This document shows, piece by piece, positions 43,720 through 54,110 of a stretch of 64,000 bases of DNA. Each line of letters starts with the position of its first letter. Position 1 is the first letter of the stretch. The DNA is from a virus (Duplodnaviria > Heunggongvirae > Uroviricota > Caudoviricetes): IMG/VR virus record IMGVR_UViG_2690316325_000010, positions 12,805-76,804 of that record; one strand, given 5' to 3'. Both the position numbers and the translations under genes were made by a program. The notes beneath the pieces were generated by a model. The model worked only from the letters and a program-made list of their open reading frames with translations. It was not told where the DNA came from and made no database searches.

Positions 43720-43971
43720 ATGCACGATTGGAATATTGCAGCTAAAAGTCAGGAAGAACGGGATAAGGTTAACGTTGATCTGGCTGCCAGCGGTGTGGCG
43801 TACAAAGAGCGATTGAACATACCTGTCATAGCTGAACAGGTAGCCCGCGAGCAACCAGAGAATCTGCGCACCTATTTCATGGAACGGTTACGGCACTATC
43901 GGCAGTTAAGCCTCCAGTTGCCAAAAGGGAGCGATCCGGTGTATCAGAACGAGGATGCACCAAAAAAATAA
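43720..43971 (+). CDS. hot: DNA polymerase III theta-subunit homologue
   Basis: Strong similarity to E. coli HolE ([29 protein letters not shown]); track start 43699 is TTG, ATG 43720 chosen. Confidence 0.85.
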   Translation: MHDWNIAAKSQEERDKVNVDLAASGVAYKERLNIPVIAEQVAREQPENLRTYFMERLRHYRQLSLQLPKGSDPVYQNEDAPKK

Positions 43972-44056
43972 CGGCAAGATGGGGGAGAAATGTGATTAGC
44001 CCCCAGCGTGGCGCGCCTACAAACCCCGCTTTCACAAACTATGCCTTTTCAATGTA

Positions 44057-44076
44057 TACTGTATGAATAAACAGTA
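44057..44076. promoter_or_regulatory. LexA box (SOS operator) in the humD promoter
   Basis: TACTGTATGAATAAACAGTA fits CTGT-N8-ACAG, overlapping a TATACT -10 hexamer about 20 nt upstream of humD. Confidence 0.8.
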
Positions 44077-44094
44077 TCATTGAGGTAAAACGCT

Positions 44095-44484
44095 ATGGGC
44101 TTCCCTTCTCCTGCGGCGGATTATGTTGAAAGCCGAATTTCTCTTGATCAGCAGATAATTAGACATCCTTCAGCGACCTACTTCATGCGGGCAGCTGATA
44201 GCCATCACCGTGAGGGAATATTGCAGGGTGCTTTGCTGGTGGTTGATTCCTCGCTTACTCCGGTTGATGGTTCTCTGCTTGTGTGCGCTATGGAGGGTGA
44301 ATATCGCATAAAGAGATACAGGAAGTATCCGCGCCAGCACCTGGAGGATTTAAGCACCGGGAAGAAAGAGGCGTTACCAGTAGATGACGATGGATACACG
44401 GGCAGTAATGCTGTTTTTGGTGTGATCACTCATGTCATCAATGATGCCCGAAGTGGGGAATTTGATGATTGTCCGGTTATTTAA
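44095..44484 (+). CDS. humD: UmuD'-like SOS mutagenesis protein
   Basis: 129 aa; LexA/UmuD-type peptidase-S24 C-terminal domain without the N-terminal cleavage segment; LexA box upstream. Confidence 0.85.
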   Translation: MGFPSPAADYVESRISLDQQIIRHPSATYFMRAADSHHREGILQGALLVVDSSLTPVDGSLLVCAMEGEYRIKRYRKYPRQHLEDLSTGKKEALPVDDDGYTGSNAVFGVITHVINDARSGEFDDCPVI

Positions 44485-44550
44485 GCTGCAAAGTGCTGGT
44501 GCTTTATGCCTGTGAAGTTTATAATTGTGTACACATAACGAGTACACGAG

Positions 44551-44778
44551 GTGTTTATGCAATCCATTAACTTCCGTACCGCGCGTGGCAACCTTTCTGA
44601 AGTGCTCAACAATGTTGAAGCCGGGGAAGAGGTTGAAATCACCCGCAGAGGCCGTGAGCCAGCAGTAATTGTCAGCAAGGCTACTTTCGAAGCCTACAAA
44701 AAAGCGGCGCTGGATGCTGAATTTGCATCCCTGTTTGACACCCTGGACTCCACCAACAAGGAACTGGTTAACCGATAA
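44551..44778 (+). CDS. phd: antitoxin Phd
   Basis: 75 aa, Phd/YefM-family N-terminus; stop overlaps the doc start (ATAATGA). Confidence 0.9.
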
Positions 44779-45158
44779 TGAGGCATATATCACCGGAAGA
44801 ACTTATTGCGCTTCATGATGCGAATATAAGCCGCTACGGCGGCCTGCCGGGAATGTCTGATCCGGGTAGGGCAGAGGCCATTATCGGGAGAGTTCAGGCC
44901 AGAGTTGCCTACGAAGAGATCACCGACCTTTTCGAAGTCTCCGCCACCTACCTGGTGGCTACAGCGAGAGGGCATATATTCAATGATGCCAATAAGCGTA
45001 CCGCGCTAAACAGTGCGCTGCTATTTCTACGCCGTAACGGGGTGCAGGTATTTGATTCACCTGAACTGGCAGACCTTACTGTAGGCGCTGCGACTGGCGA
45101 GATATCTGTATCTTCTGTCGCCGACACGTTACGTAGATTGTATGGTTCTGCGGAGTAG
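44778..45158 (+). CDS. doc: toxin Doc (Fic-fold kinase)
   Basis: 126 aa with the Fic-like motif [10 protein letters not shown]. Confidence 0.92.
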
Positions 45159-45342
45159 ATTAATGGCACGCAAATACAACAAATTGTCCCGTGAAGCGTT
45201 AAAGATGCTTCTTGATGGCGCGAGTCGCCGCAAGGTAAAGCAATACCTGGTTGGTAAGCAAATTGGAGTCAGGACCGCTATTGCTGTGTTATGCCGTCAG
45301 GAAATGGTTGTGCTTAAACAGAGAATGCCGGGCAGCAGATAA
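45142..45342 (+). CDS. pdcA: post-doc small protein
   Basis: 66-aa ORF overlapping the doc end, same position as P1 pdcA (recalled). Confidence 0.5.
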
Positions 45343-45369
45343 AGCCCAATCAGTGATTAAAGGTGTGAT

Positions 45370-46413
45370 GTGAAAGCCGTAATTACTCCCTTTGTACAGA
45401 AAGAGCTTGGCCTCGCCACGTTCAAAGTGGATCAGGAGGTCAGAAAGCTGGTGGAGGCTGGCCGTAAATTTATTATGGAGCCGGTGCCGCGTGAGTTAAT
45501 CGAGCACATGGAAGACGGCCTCGTTGTTACCGAGCAAACCATGGCAACAAATGAGGCGTTGCAGCCGTTTTTTAACAGCGATGAACTGTTTCGCCGTATT
45601 GGTGGAATTGACGCGCTGGTGGCGTGGTTGCGTAGGAAAGAGGGTCAATGCCAGGCCGCAGATCGTAGTTGGTGTGACAACCATATTGTCCACGCTGAAC
45701 GAGACAATAGCGCGGTGTTGTTGTGCTGGCATCACGATAACCATTACCGGATGCGTGGTTTTAATGAGCTGAAAGAAACGCTGCACAATAATCGCGTTAA
45801 CTGGATACTGGATGTCGCCCGTCAGGAAATGGGCCTTTCAAATAGCCATGATTTAAGTATTCAGGAGCTGTGCTGGTGGGCTTTCATGCGCAACATGATG
45901 CACCTGATGCCGGAAGAAGTCTGCCGCATATCAATAAATAAGATGAAGGCTACTCCGCAGGATAGCGGACCTCTGAAAGAGGCGGATATTCGCCCGTATG
46001 ACGATCGCGCTACAGCATATGTTCAGATGATGGAAGAACGCGCCGCGCCGATGCGTGCAAAAGTATGCCCTGTGGATGTTGACGCCGACCCTGGCATGGC
46101 GCATTTCAAAATACCAAAACTTCAATCGCTAAAATTGCCCGAGTACATGGATTTTGTGGCTTCCCGTCCATGCTGTGGCTGTGGAGCTGCGGGAGCTGGC
46201 GCTCACATTACGCCTTATATCGTTCGTCATAGTCGATTATGCGCGCATGACATTTATGCTGTTCCTCTGTGCCAGTCATGCCAGCGTGATATTGAGCGTG
46301 ACCGCGATAATTGGGAGAAGACGCACGGTAGGCTGGCGATGCATCAACGATTGTTCTTTGATTACGCGCTTGGAGTCGGCGCTATCACAAGTCATTCGTC
46401 GAGCGTTAGATAA
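45370..46413 (+). CDS. pdcB: post-doc protein B
   Basis: 347-aa Cys-rich ORF between doc and lpa. Confidence 0.55.
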   Translation: MKAVITPFVQKELGLATFKVDQEVRKLVEAGRKFIMEPVPRELIEHMEDGLVVTEQTMATNEALQPFFNSDELFRRIGGIDALVAWLRRKEGQCQAADRSWCDNHIVHAERDNSAVLLCWHHDNHYRMRGFNELKETLHNNRVNWILDVARQEMGLSNSHDLSIQELCWWAFMRNMMHLMPEEVCRISINKMKATPQDSGPLKEADIRPYDDRATAYVQMMEERAAPMRAKVCPVDVDADPGMAHFKIPKLQSLKLPEYMDFVASRPCCGCGAAGAGAHITPYIVRHSRLCAHDIYAVPLCQSCQRDIERDRDNWEKTHGRLAMHQRLFFDYALGVGAITSHSSSVR

Positions 46414-46414
46414 A

Positions 46415-46431
46415 ATTGCTCTAATGTATTG
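46415..46431 (+). promoter_or_regulatory. C1 operator-like site upstream of lpa
   Basis: ATTGCTCTAATGTATTG (14/17) 2 nt after the pdcB stop; fits C1 control of the late-activator gene. Confidence 0.6.
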
Positions 46432-46501
46432 CTATTTCTTTAATCGAGGGTATTATATTCGACGTTGATTAGTTGACATGGGCTAATCAGTAGGTGACAG
46501 G

Positions 46502-46954
46502 ATGTTACTTAACTGGCAGGGACGCCACTTCATGGAAATAAATCACTCACGAATAACATCGTACGAGATTGCGGATTACATGATCCGCACTAAATCTCTT
46601 CTATCAGCGAAAGATCTCGCAGCAATTCTTGAAAAGGAATACCCGCATCTGGATGTCGATAAGCGCGATGTTTATCTGCGCTTAAAGGCTATCGCTGTGT
46701 CTAAGTATTCGTCTGTTTTGATTGATGACAGTACACGCCCACGTAGATTTCAGATCCACTCTCTGAATCCTGAATTCTTTCGCCGCAGCCGCGCTCCGCG
46801 CCGGTTTGATGAAAAACTCCAGAACGAACTCTATATGACGCAGGACGAAAAGGAACGCCGGGAGCACCAGCCTTGGGTGATGGCGCGTCAACTTTTCAAT
46901 AAGGTGGTCCGTCAGCACCGTCATTACGGTAATGCCACATCCGCACGTATCTGA
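46502..46954 (+). CDS. lpa: late promoter activator candidate
   Basis: 150-aa basic protein between a C1 operator and pacA, the position of P1 lpa (recalled); start uncertain (an internal ATG lies 30 nt in). Confidence 0.55.
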   Translation: MLLNWQGRHFMEINHSRITSYEIADYMIRTKSLLSAKDLAAILEKEYPHLDVDKRDVYLRLKAIAVSKYSSVLIDDSTRPRRFQIHSLNPEFFRRSRAPRRFDEKLQNELYMTQDEKERREHQPWVMARQLFNKVVRQHRHYGNATSARI

Positions 46955-47040
46955 TTGATTGCTTGCCCGTTCCGGGCCTTTTGACATGTGACTTTCGTTA
47001 CCCTCGCGTCAAAAAGAGTTTTATACGAAAGGAAGCATAA

Positions 47041-48234
47041 GTGACCTGGGACGATCACAAGAAGAATTTTGCTCGCCTGGCGCGAGATGGTGGTTACACC
47101 ATCGCACAATATGCCGCCGAGTTTAATCTCAACCCAAACACCGCACGTCGTTATCTCCGTGCATTCAAAGAAGACACCGGAACAGCGGACAGCCGTAAGC
47201 CAAATAAGCCTGTCAGAAAACCACTAAAAAGCATGATCATTGATCACGCTAATGATCAACGTGCAGGTGATCACATTGTGGCTGAAATGGCTGAAAAACA
47301 AAGAGTTAATGCTGTTGTCAGTGCCGCAGTCGAGAACGCGAAGCGCCAGAATAAGCGCATAAATGATCGTTCTGATGATCATGACGTGATCACCCGCGCC
47401 CACCGGACCTTACGTGATCGCCTGGAACGCGACACCCTGGATGATGATGGTGAACGCTTTGAATTCGAAGCTGGCGATTACCTGATAGATAACGTTGAAG
47501 CGCGGAAGGCCGCGCGCGCTATGTTGCGTCGGTCCGGGGCCGATGTTCTGGAAACCACTCTTCTGGAAAAGTCTCTTTCTCATCTCCTTATGCTGGAGAA
47601 CGCCAGGGATACGTGTATTCGCCTGGTGCAGGAAATGCGCGATCAGCAAAAAGACGATGATGAAGGTACTCCGCCTGAATACCGTATCGCGAGCATGCTA
47701 AACAGCTGTTCCGCGCAGATAAGCAGCCTGATCAACACCATTTACAGCATCCGGAATAACTATCGAAAAGAAAGCCGGGAGGCGGAAAAGCACGCTTTGT
47801 CTATGGGGCAAGCTGGCATTGTTAAGCTGGCATACGAACGAAAGCGTGAAAATAACTGGTCAGTGCTGGAAGCAGCTGAATTCATCGAGGCGCATGGCGG
47901 GAAAGTGCCGCCCCTGATGCTGGAGCAAATCAAAGCCGATCTGCGTGCTCCTAAGACCAATACCGATGATGAGGAAAGGCAAACAGCCGTCGGTGGCCCT
48001 TCTCTTGAAGATCTGGACAAAGTTGCGCGAGAACGGGCCGCCAACCGCCGCGCCGATGCCGCATTGTGGATTGAGCAGCGTAGGGAAGAAATCGCCGATA
48101 TCGTTGATACAGGCGGTTATGGAGATGTTGATACTGAAGGTGTATCAAACGACCCATGGCTGGAACAAGACCTGGACGAAGACGAGGAGGAAGACGAAGA
48201 AGTTACCCGCAAGCTATACGGGGATGATGATTAA
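47041..48234 (+). CDS. pacA: terminase small subunit / pacase PacA
   Basis: 397 aa (the P1 PacA length); contains the pac hexamer array; acidic C-terminus. Confidence 0.9.
   Translation: MTWDDHKKNFARLARDGGYTIAQYAAEFNLNPNTARRYLRAFKEDTGTADSRKPNKPVRKPLKSMIIDHANDQRAGDHIVAEMAEKQRVNAVVSAAVENAKRQNKRINDRSDDHDVITRAHRTLRDRLERDTLDDDGERFEFEAGDYLIDNVEARKAARAMLRRSGADVLETTLLEKSLSHLLMLENARDTCIRLVQEMRDQQKDDDEGTPPEYRIASMLNSCSAQISSLINTIYSIRNNYRKESREAEKHALSMGQAGIVKLAYERKRENNWSVLEAAEFIEAHGGKVPPLMLEQIKADLRAPKTNTDDEERQTAVGGPSLEDLDKVARERAANRRADAALWIEQRREEIADIVDTGGYGDVDTEGVSNDPWLEQDLDEDEEEDEEVTRKLYGDDD
47234..47392. other. pac: pac packaging initiation site inside pacA
   Basis: Four TGATCA hexamers (47234, 47241, 47253, 47268) and three TGATC(G/A) hexamers (47364, 47376, 47387), all Dam GATC sites, flanking a ~90-bp core as in P1 pac. 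Confidence 0.85.
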
Positions 48235-49718
48235 TGGCCAGAAGTTGCGTAACGGATCCACGTTGGCGCGAGCTGGTGGCGCTATATCGTTATGACTGGA
48301 TTGCGGCCGCTGATGTTTTGTTCGGCAAAACACCTACCTGGCAGCAGGATCTGATTATTGAGTCTGTGCAGGAACAGGGTAGCAAGACATCTGTTTCGTC
48401 TGGTCACGGTACCGGGAAATCAGACATGACTTCTATCATGATCATGTTGTTCATAATCATGTATCCAGGTGCCCGTGCCATTATCGTTGCGAACAAAATT
48501 CAGCAGGTAATGACCGGTATATTCAAGTACATCAAGATAAACTGGGCTACTGCCACCAGCCGTTTCCCATGGCTTGCTGATTATTTTGTTCTGACAGAAA
48601 CCGCTTTCTATGAGATTACTGGTAAAGGTGTATGGACTGTAGTACCGAAGGGCTTTCGTCTGGGAAGTGAAGAAGCTCTCGCCGGTGAACACGCAGATCA
48701 TCTTCTGTATATTATCGATGAAGCCTCCGGTGTCAGTGATAGAGCTTTCGGTATCATCACCGGTGCTCTTACCGGACAGGATAACCGCATCTTATTGCTG
48801 TCACAGCCTACACGCCCAAGCGGCTATTTCTACGATACACACCATAAACTGGCCAAGCGTCCTGGTAACCCTGATGGCGTTTATACGGCGATCACGCTTA
48901 ACAGTGAGGAATCACCGTTGGTAACGCCAGCATTTATCAAAATGAAGCTGGCGGAGTACGGCGGGCGTGATAACCCTATGTACATGATTAAGGTACGCGG
49001 CCTATTCCCTAAATCACAGGATGGCTTCCTTCTTGGACGTGATGAGGTTGAACGTGCAACGCGGCGGAAAGTCAAGATTGCAAAAGGATGGGGCTGGCTT
49101 GCATGTGTGGACGTTGCTGGTGGTACGGGACGGGATAAGTCCGTTATCAATATCATGATGGTGTCCGGCCAGCGAAATAAACGCCGTGTAATCAACTATC
49201 GAATGCTGGAATACACAGACGTTACAGAAACGCAGCTTGCCGCCAAAATTTTCGCAGAATGTAATCCTGAGCGATTCCCAAATATCACCATAGCGATAGA
49301 CGGCGATGGCCTGGGTAAAGCAACGGCGGATCTGATGTACGAGTATTATGGTATTACCGTACAGCGTATACGCTGGGGTAAAAAGATGCATAGCCGTGAA
49401 GATAAGAGCCTGTACTTTGATAAACGTGCTTATGCCAACGTTCAAGCCGCAGAGGCCGTAAAATCTGGTCGTATGAGACTGGATAAGGGTAATGAAACTA
49501 TTGAGGAAGCGTCGAAAATCCCTGTAGGGATTAACTCCGCAGGTCAATGGAAGGTGATGAGTAAGGAGGATATGAAGAAAAAACTCAACCTGCACTCACC
49601 AGACCATTGGGATACATATTGTTTCGCTATGCTGGCTGATTATGTTCCCCAGGATGAAGTGCTTAGCGTCGAAGACGAAGCGCAGGTTGATGAAGCTCTG
49701 GCATGGCTTAATGAATAA
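48234..49718 (+). CDS. pacB: terminase large subunit PacB
   Basis: 494 aa (the P1 PacB length); start overlaps the pacA stop; Walker-A-like SGHGTGKS. Confidence 0.9.
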   Translation: MARSCVTDPRWRELVALYRYDWIAAADVLFGKTPTWQQDLIIESVQEQGSKTSVSSGHGTGKSDMTSIMIMLFIIMYPGARAIIVANKIQQVMTGIFKYIKINWATATSRFPWLADYFVLTETAFYEITGKGVWTVVPKGFRLGSEEALAGEHADHLLYIIDEASGVSDRAFGIITGALTGQDNRILLLSQPTRPSGYFYDTHHKLAKRPGNPDGVYTAITLNSEESPLVTPAFIKMKLAEYGGRDNPMYMIKVRGLFPKSQDGFLLGRDEVERATRRKVKIAKGWGWLACVDVAGGTGRDKSVINIMMVSGQRNKRRVINYRMLEYTDVTETQLAAKIFAECNPERFPNITIAIDGDGLGKATADLMYEYYGITVQRIRWGKKMHSREDKSLYFDKRAYANVQAAEAVKSGRMRLDKGNETIEEASKIPVGINSAGQWKVMSKEDMKKKLNLHSPDHWDTYCFAMLADYVPQDEVLSVEDEAQVDEALAWLNE

Positions 49719-49742
49719 CTCATTGACCATGCCGGATAGAAA

Positions 49743-50594
49743 CTATTGCGCGCTTTCGGGGTTGTCGTTTACTGGCTGCCCCTTCTTAGTTTTACGGCTG
49801 CGCGTAACTGATGCGGCTGATTTGACCTTTTTCTCTTCGCGAGTGATGGCAATTTGTTTTTTTACATTTTCAATATCTGCCAGGCGATATATTTTTGCCT
49901 GCGGCCAGCGGTCGCAGATGATCGGTTCTATAGAGTCATAAAGGCTAAATTTTGCTTTCTCGAATTCACCGTTGATGATGATTCCATCACGGAGAGTTTC
50001 ATCGCAGATAAACACACCACACAGCGGCACATGGTAACTAACTGATTTACCATCATTGTAGTTAGGGCTACTGGAAATGTAGTGGACGCGCAGCATTGTT
50101 TCGCTAAAGCCGTGTACACGCATACGGAATTTTTCATCCTCCGGGTACTGCTTCATTAGCTCTTTTGTTGCTTCCAGGTTCTCTATGTATTTCGCACTGT
50201 GCTCATTGATCCCCGCGCTTTTCTGGATGCGAATGTCCTTATCAATCAGATGAATAATGCGGCCAGCGGTCATGTTGACGCTGTTCACAGCTTCTGTCTG
50301 ATAAGTCGTAACCTTACGCACACCGCGAAGGATGTTAGGCACAGGATATAAAATAGTCTTTGGGATATTGAGGTCTGGGTACTGTTCCAGTTCCCGCGCC
50401 ATTAAAGTCCATTTATCAATTTCAGCCTGAATGCTGTCCGTTTCTTTGAACGGTAGAACGACAACCGGGCGTACAGGACGACCGTCGCTGGCGGCATCAA
50501 CGTGTTGGGCGCGTGCAACAGCTTTTTTTAGAAAGAGATCCCTGAAGCTGACGAACTCCTGGTACAGTTGTTCGCCGTAGACATAATTTATCAT
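49743..50594 (-). CDS. c1: C1 repressor of lytic functions
   Basis: 283 aa (the P1 C1 length), convergent with pacB, operators upstream, coi immediately upstream. Confidence 0.85.
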   Translation of the reverse strand: MINYVYGEQLYQEFVSFRDLFLKKAVARAQHVDAASDGRPVRPVVVLPFKETDSIQAEIDKWTLMARELEQYPDLNIPKTILYPVPNILRGVRKVTTYQTEAVNSVNMTAGRIIHLIDKDIRIQKSAGINEHSAKYIENLEATKELMKQYPEDEKFRMRVHGFSETMLRVHYISSSPNYNDGKSVSYHVPLCGVFICDETLRDGIIINGEFEKAKFSLYDSIEPIICDRWPQAKIYRLADIENVKKQIAITREEKKVKSAASVTRSRKTKKGQPVNDNPESAQ

Positions 50595-50688
50595 TGATCC
50601 TCCTCCAGAATTGACATGGCCAACAACTCACAGCGGATTACACTGGGAGTTGTTGGCCACCATTATAGAAGGATCCAACGAAAATAAT

Positions 50689-50705
50689 AGATTTATTAGT
50701 GCATT
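50689..50705 (-). promoter_or_regulatory. C1 operator-like site between coi and c1
   Basis: AGATTTATTAGTGCATT, reverse complement about 14/17 to the consensus. Confidence 0.55.
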
Positions 50706-50914
50706 TATTGTGAGTCTGGCTGGTTAGTGGCCATGAGATATTCGATTGTGTCAGTGAGATCATCCAGGTCGTCTTGGGTGATGCGGTACTCCTGATTGGA
50801 TATCTTTGAGTAGTGTTCAGCAATGGCGCGGGCAGCGTCGGTTTCGGCAGGGTCTACAGATAAAGCGTTAGAGCAATGTCTAACGTCGTCGATGGTTGGT
50901 GGAATGAAAGCCAT
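50705..50914 (-). CDS. coi: C1 inactivator Coi
   Basis: 69 aa (the P1 Coi length) directly upstream of c1 on the same strand. Confidence 0.8.
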   Translation of the reverse strand: MAFIPPTIDDVRHCSNALSVDPAETDAARAIAEHYSKISNQEYRITQDDLDDLTDTIEYLMATNQPDSQ

Positions 50915-51152
50915 AATTATGCCTCACTGTATTGACAACACAGAGCCTGAAGCTCTGACCTACTGTTTCACCCATGATCCATGCTGGGGTAATCTAACAA
51001 CATTGCGCTGTGTGTAAGATGAGCAATGCATAGCTGTAATGCCGTTGTATAAGGTTTCCCTGTTTGCTCATTTCCTTCTGAGCCGCTCTACAACGCTGAA
51101 GACACATTAAATAGTGAATCCAAAGTCGTATTACGAAACGGCGGCAAAACTA

Positions 51153-51169
51153 TAATTTATTAGAGCAAT
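51153..51169 (-). promoter_or_regulatory. C1 operator (inverted) in the immC control region
   Basis: TAATTTATTAGAGCAAT, reverse complement 16/17. Confidence 0.7.
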
Positions 51170-51235
51170 TGTCAAACAACTATGAAAAACAATCCAGTTT
51201 TTGGCTGGTGGAGTGGGATTTTTCTCTCAAAATTT

Positions 51236-51252
51236 ATTGCTCTAATAATTCT
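51236..51252 (+). promoter_or_regulatory. C1 operator in the immC control region
   Basis: ATTGCTCTAATAATTCT (15/17), preceded by AAATTTATT giving partial dyad symmetry. Confidence 0.7.
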
Positions 51253-51295
51253 TGATTTTTATGCGCAGCTGGACGTAAACTCCTCTTCGGGCCTA

Positions 51296-51329
51296 ATAAC
51301 TTCGTATAGCATACATTATACGAAGTTAT
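51296..51329. other. loxP: loxP recombination site
   Basis: Exact 34-bp ATAACTTCGTATA-GCATACAT-TATACGAAGTTAT, about 420 bp upstream of cre. Confidence 0.97.
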
Positions 51330-51400
51330 CTTAAGGGTTATTGAACATGATCAATTTACCTGTAAATCCATACAGTTCAATACCTTATCAGGTCAAATAG

Positions 51401-51422
51401 TGATCACTTGATCATTTGATCA
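51401..51422. promoter_or_regulatory. cluster of three TGATCA (Dam) sites in the cre promoter region
   Basis: TGATCAcTTGATCAtTTGATCA with 8-bp periodicity; likely methylation-sensitive promoter element. Confidence 0.5.
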
Positions 51423-51518
51423 AGGTTGCGCTACGTAAAATCTGCGAAATGTTGGCAGTGTTAGTGCTCCAGATTTCGCGTAGCGCACTTAGCACCACCA
51501 ATCAATCAGAGGTGAAAA

Positions 51519-51740
51519 ATGGGATATTCAGCTGCTAAAGTGTCCACTCATCTTGAGCTTGAGAAAAACCGTGGTTACTGGCGGGCAAAAGGGTTTGATC
51601 GTGATAGTTGTCAACTGTCATTATCGCGCGGTGAAGAGAAAATAGAACGCACGCGCGGTCGCTGGCGTTTCTATGACGAGAACCATAAACAGGTAAAGGC
51701 AGAGCCGATCCTGTACACTTTACTTAAAACCATTATCTGA
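51519..51740 (+). CDS. small hypothetical ORF between loxP and cre
   Basis: 73 aa, ATG behind GAGGTG, ends 8 nt before cre; may be noncoding leader. Confidence 0.3.
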   Translation: MGYSAAKVSTHLELEKNRGYWRAKGFDRDSCQLSLSRGEEKIERTRGRWRFYDENHKQVKAEPILYTLLKTII

Positions 51741-51747
51741 GTATTAA

Positions 51748-52779
51748 ATGTCCAATTTACTGACCGTACACCAAAATTTGCCTGCATTACCGGTCGATGC
51801 AACGAGTGATGAGGTTCGCAAGAACCTGATGGACATGTTCAGGGATCGCCAGGCGTTTTCTGAGCATACCTGGAAAATGCTTCTGTCCGTTTGCCGGTCG
51901 TGGGCGGCATGGTGCAAGTTGAATAACCGGAAATGGTTTCCCGCAGAACCTGAAGATGTTCGCGATTATCTTCTATATCTTCAGGCGCGCGGTCTGGCAG
52001 TAAAAACTATCCAGCAACATTTGGGCCAGCTAAACATGCTTCATCGTCGGTCCGGGCTGCCACGACCAAGTGACAGCAACGCTGTTTCACTGGTCATGCG
52101 GCGGATCCGAAAAGAAAACGTTGATGCCGGTGAACGTGCAAAACAGGCACTAGCGTTCGAACGCACTGATTTCGACCAGGTTCGTTCACTCATGGAAAAT
52201 AGCGATCGCTGCCAGGATATACGTAATCTGGCATTTCTGGGGATTGCTTATAACACCCTGTTACGTATAGCCGAAATTGCCAGGATCAGGGTTAAAGATA
52301 TCTCACGTACTGACGGTGGGAGAATGTTAATCCATATTGGCAGAACGAAAACGCTGGTTAGCACCGCAGGTGTAGAGAAGGCACTTAGCCTGGGGGTAAC
52401 TAAACTGGTCGAGAGATGGATTTCTGTCTCTGGTGTGGCTGATGATCCGAATAACTACTTGTTTTGCCGGGTCAGAAAAAATGGTGTTGCCTCGCCATCA
52501 TCCACCAGCCAGCTATCAACTCGCGCCCTGGAAGGGATTTTTGAAGCAACTCACCGATTGATTTACGGGGCTAAGGATGACTCTGGTCAGAGGTACCTGG
52601 CCTGGTCTGGACACAGTGCCCGTGTCGGAGCCGCGCGAGATATGGCCCGCGCCGGAGTTTCAATACCGGAGATCATGCAAGCTGGTGGCTGGACCAACGT
52701 AAATATTGTCATGAACTATATCCGTAATCTGGATAGTGAAACGGGGGCAATGGTGCGCCTGCTGGAAGATGGTGATTAG
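51748..52779 (+). CDS. cre: Cre tyrosine recombinase
   Basis: 343 aa, near-identical to P1 Cre as recalled (MSNLLTVHQNLPALPVDATSDEVRKNLMDMFRDRQAF...); loxP upstream. Confidence 0.98.
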   Translation: MSNLLTVHQNLPALPVDATSDEVRKNLMDMFRDRQAFSEHTWKMLLSVCRSWAAWCKLNNRKWFPAEPEDVRDYLLYLQARGLAVKTIQQHLGQLNMLHRRSGLPRPSDSNAVSLVMRRIRKENVDAGERAKQALAFERTDFDQVRSLMENSDRCQDIRNLAFLGIAYNTLLRIAEIARIRVKDISRTDGGRMLIHIGRTKTLVSTAGVEKALSLGVTKLVERWISVSGVADDPNNYLFCRVRKNGVASPSSTSQLSTRALEGIFEATHRLIYGAKDDSGQRYLAWSGHSARVGAARDMARAGVSIPEIMQAGGWTNVNIVMNYIRNLDSETGAMVRLLEDGD

Positions 52780-52796
52780 CCGTCAACGCATAATAA

Positions 52797-52813
52797 ATTG
52801 CTCTAATTATTTG
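52797..52813 (+). promoter_or_regulatory. C1 operator-like site upstream of cra
   Basis: ATTGCTCTAATTATTTG (14/17), 18 nt after the cre stop. Confidence 0.55.
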
Positions 52814-52829
52814 ATATTTATGGTGGCAT

Positions 52830-53141
52830 ATGAGAAAGGATTTCAACATCGACGGAAAATATGTAGTGCTGTCTGTAAGCACTAATATTCAGTCGCCAGC
52901 CGTCATTGTCACTGTAAAGCTGAGCGATAGAATGCCTGATATTGACTCAATATCCGTTGCGTTTCCTGTCAAAAGTATGCGTAGTGCTGAACATTTCGTA
53001 ATGAATGCCACCGAGGAAGAAGCACGGCGCGGTCTTGGTAAAGTGATGTCTGAGTTTGGCGAATTTCTGGGGCACGTTAACAAAGCCCTCACAATCAGTT
53101 CAGCAAGGTCCAAAGCGTTAACAGCTTCCATGATGAAATAA
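52830..53141 (+). CDS. cra: cre-associated protein
   Basis: 103-aa ORF directly after cre, position of P1 cra (recalled). Confidence 0.6.
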   Translation: MRKDFNIDGKYVVLSVSTNIQSPAVIVTVKLSDRMPDIDSISVAFPVKSMRSAEHFVMNATEEEARRGLGKVMSEFGEFLGHVNKALTISSARSKALTASMMK

Positions 53142-53272
53142 AAAAAGCCTGGCAAGGAGCCAGGCTGCACAAAAGAGCGGGTTTGTATTCCGCATCCAAT
53201 CAATCAAGAAGGAGTATAGCACACAGGTACTGAAGTGAAAAAATGTGATTCGCGATAAACAAAATATCTACC

Positions 53273-53289
53273 ATTGCTCTAATTGATTG
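53273..53289 (+). promoter_or_regulatory. C1 operator-like site upstream of ref
   Basis: ATTGCTCTAATTGATTG with an overlapping second copy ATTGCTATAATTGAG. Confidence 0.55.
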
Positions 53290-53357
53290 CTATAATTGAG
53301 CCGCAGTTTTTGTCAACTACGAAGACGTTGCCATTACTTCACTCCTTGACATCATTG

Positions 53358-53382
53358 GCGGCCATTAGGCCGCCTTTTTTTT
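53358..53382 (+). terminator. rho-independent terminator 7 nt upstream of the ref start
   Basis: GGCGGCC-atta-GGCCGCC followed by eight T. Confidence 0.75.
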
Positions 53383-53388
53383 GACCAT

Positions 53389-53949
53389 ATGAAAACAATC
53401 GAACAAAAAATTGAACAGTGCCGCAAGTGGCAGAAGGCAGCCAGAGAACGAGCGATCGATCGGCAACGGGAGAAGTTGGCTGATCCGGTCTGGCGAGAAT
53501 CTCAATATCAGAAAATGCGGGATACTATCGACCGCCGTATCGCTAAACAGAAAGAGCGCCCACCAGCCAGCAAAACGCGGAAAAGCGCGGTAAAAATAAA
53601 ATCTCGTGGCTTGAAGGGGAGAACACCAACGGCGGAGGAACGGCGCATCGCCAATGCTCTTGGCGCTCTCCCCTGCATTGCCTGCTATATGCATGGAGTA
53701 ATATCTAATGAGGTGTCTCTGCACCATATCGCCGGTCGTACCGCGCCGGGTTGTCATAAAAAGCAATTGCCACTTTGTAGATGGCACCACCAGCATGCAG
53801 CACCGGCTGAAGTAAGAGAAAAATACCCCTGGCTGGTCCCTGTTCATGCCGATGGTGTGGTTGGAGGCAAGAAAGAATTCACCTTGCTGAACAAGTCAGA
53901 GATGGAGTTGCTGGCTGACGCCTATGAGATGGCAAACATCATGCACTAA
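53389..53949 (+). CDS. ref: recombination enhancement function Ref (HNH endonuclease)
   Basis: 186 aa (the P1 Ref length); Cys/His cluster CIACYMHG...LHHIAGRT...CHKKQLPLCRWHH typical of HNH. Confidence 0.85.
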   Translation: MKTIEQKIEQCRKWQKAARERAIDRQREKLADPVWRESQYQKMRDTIDRRIAKQKERPPASKTRKSAVKIKSRGLKGRTPTAEERRIANALGALPCIACYMHGVISNEVSLHHIAGRTAPGCHKKQLPLCRWHHQHAAPAEVREKYPWLVPVHADGVVGGKKEFTLLNKSEMELLADAYEMANIMH

Positions 53950-54110
53950 TAAATATATTATTTTTAATCTGAAATAATTGACAACTGACAAGTGACTTCA
54001 GTCAGAATCATCACATGCCCGGTACGGATGGATCCCTTTTCAAATATTCCATGGACGGCACAGTCTGAGTACCGGGCGCTACCTTCAGTTGTATTGCTAA
54101 GCCGCCGCTG

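Noticed and set aside
51296-52779. Interpreting cre-loxP as an integrase/attP integration module
   Set aside because: The site is the exact 34-bp loxP and the protein is Cre; in P1-type elements this resolves plasmid dimers and cyclises phage DNA, and the element carries its own parABS and repA for plasmid maintenance.
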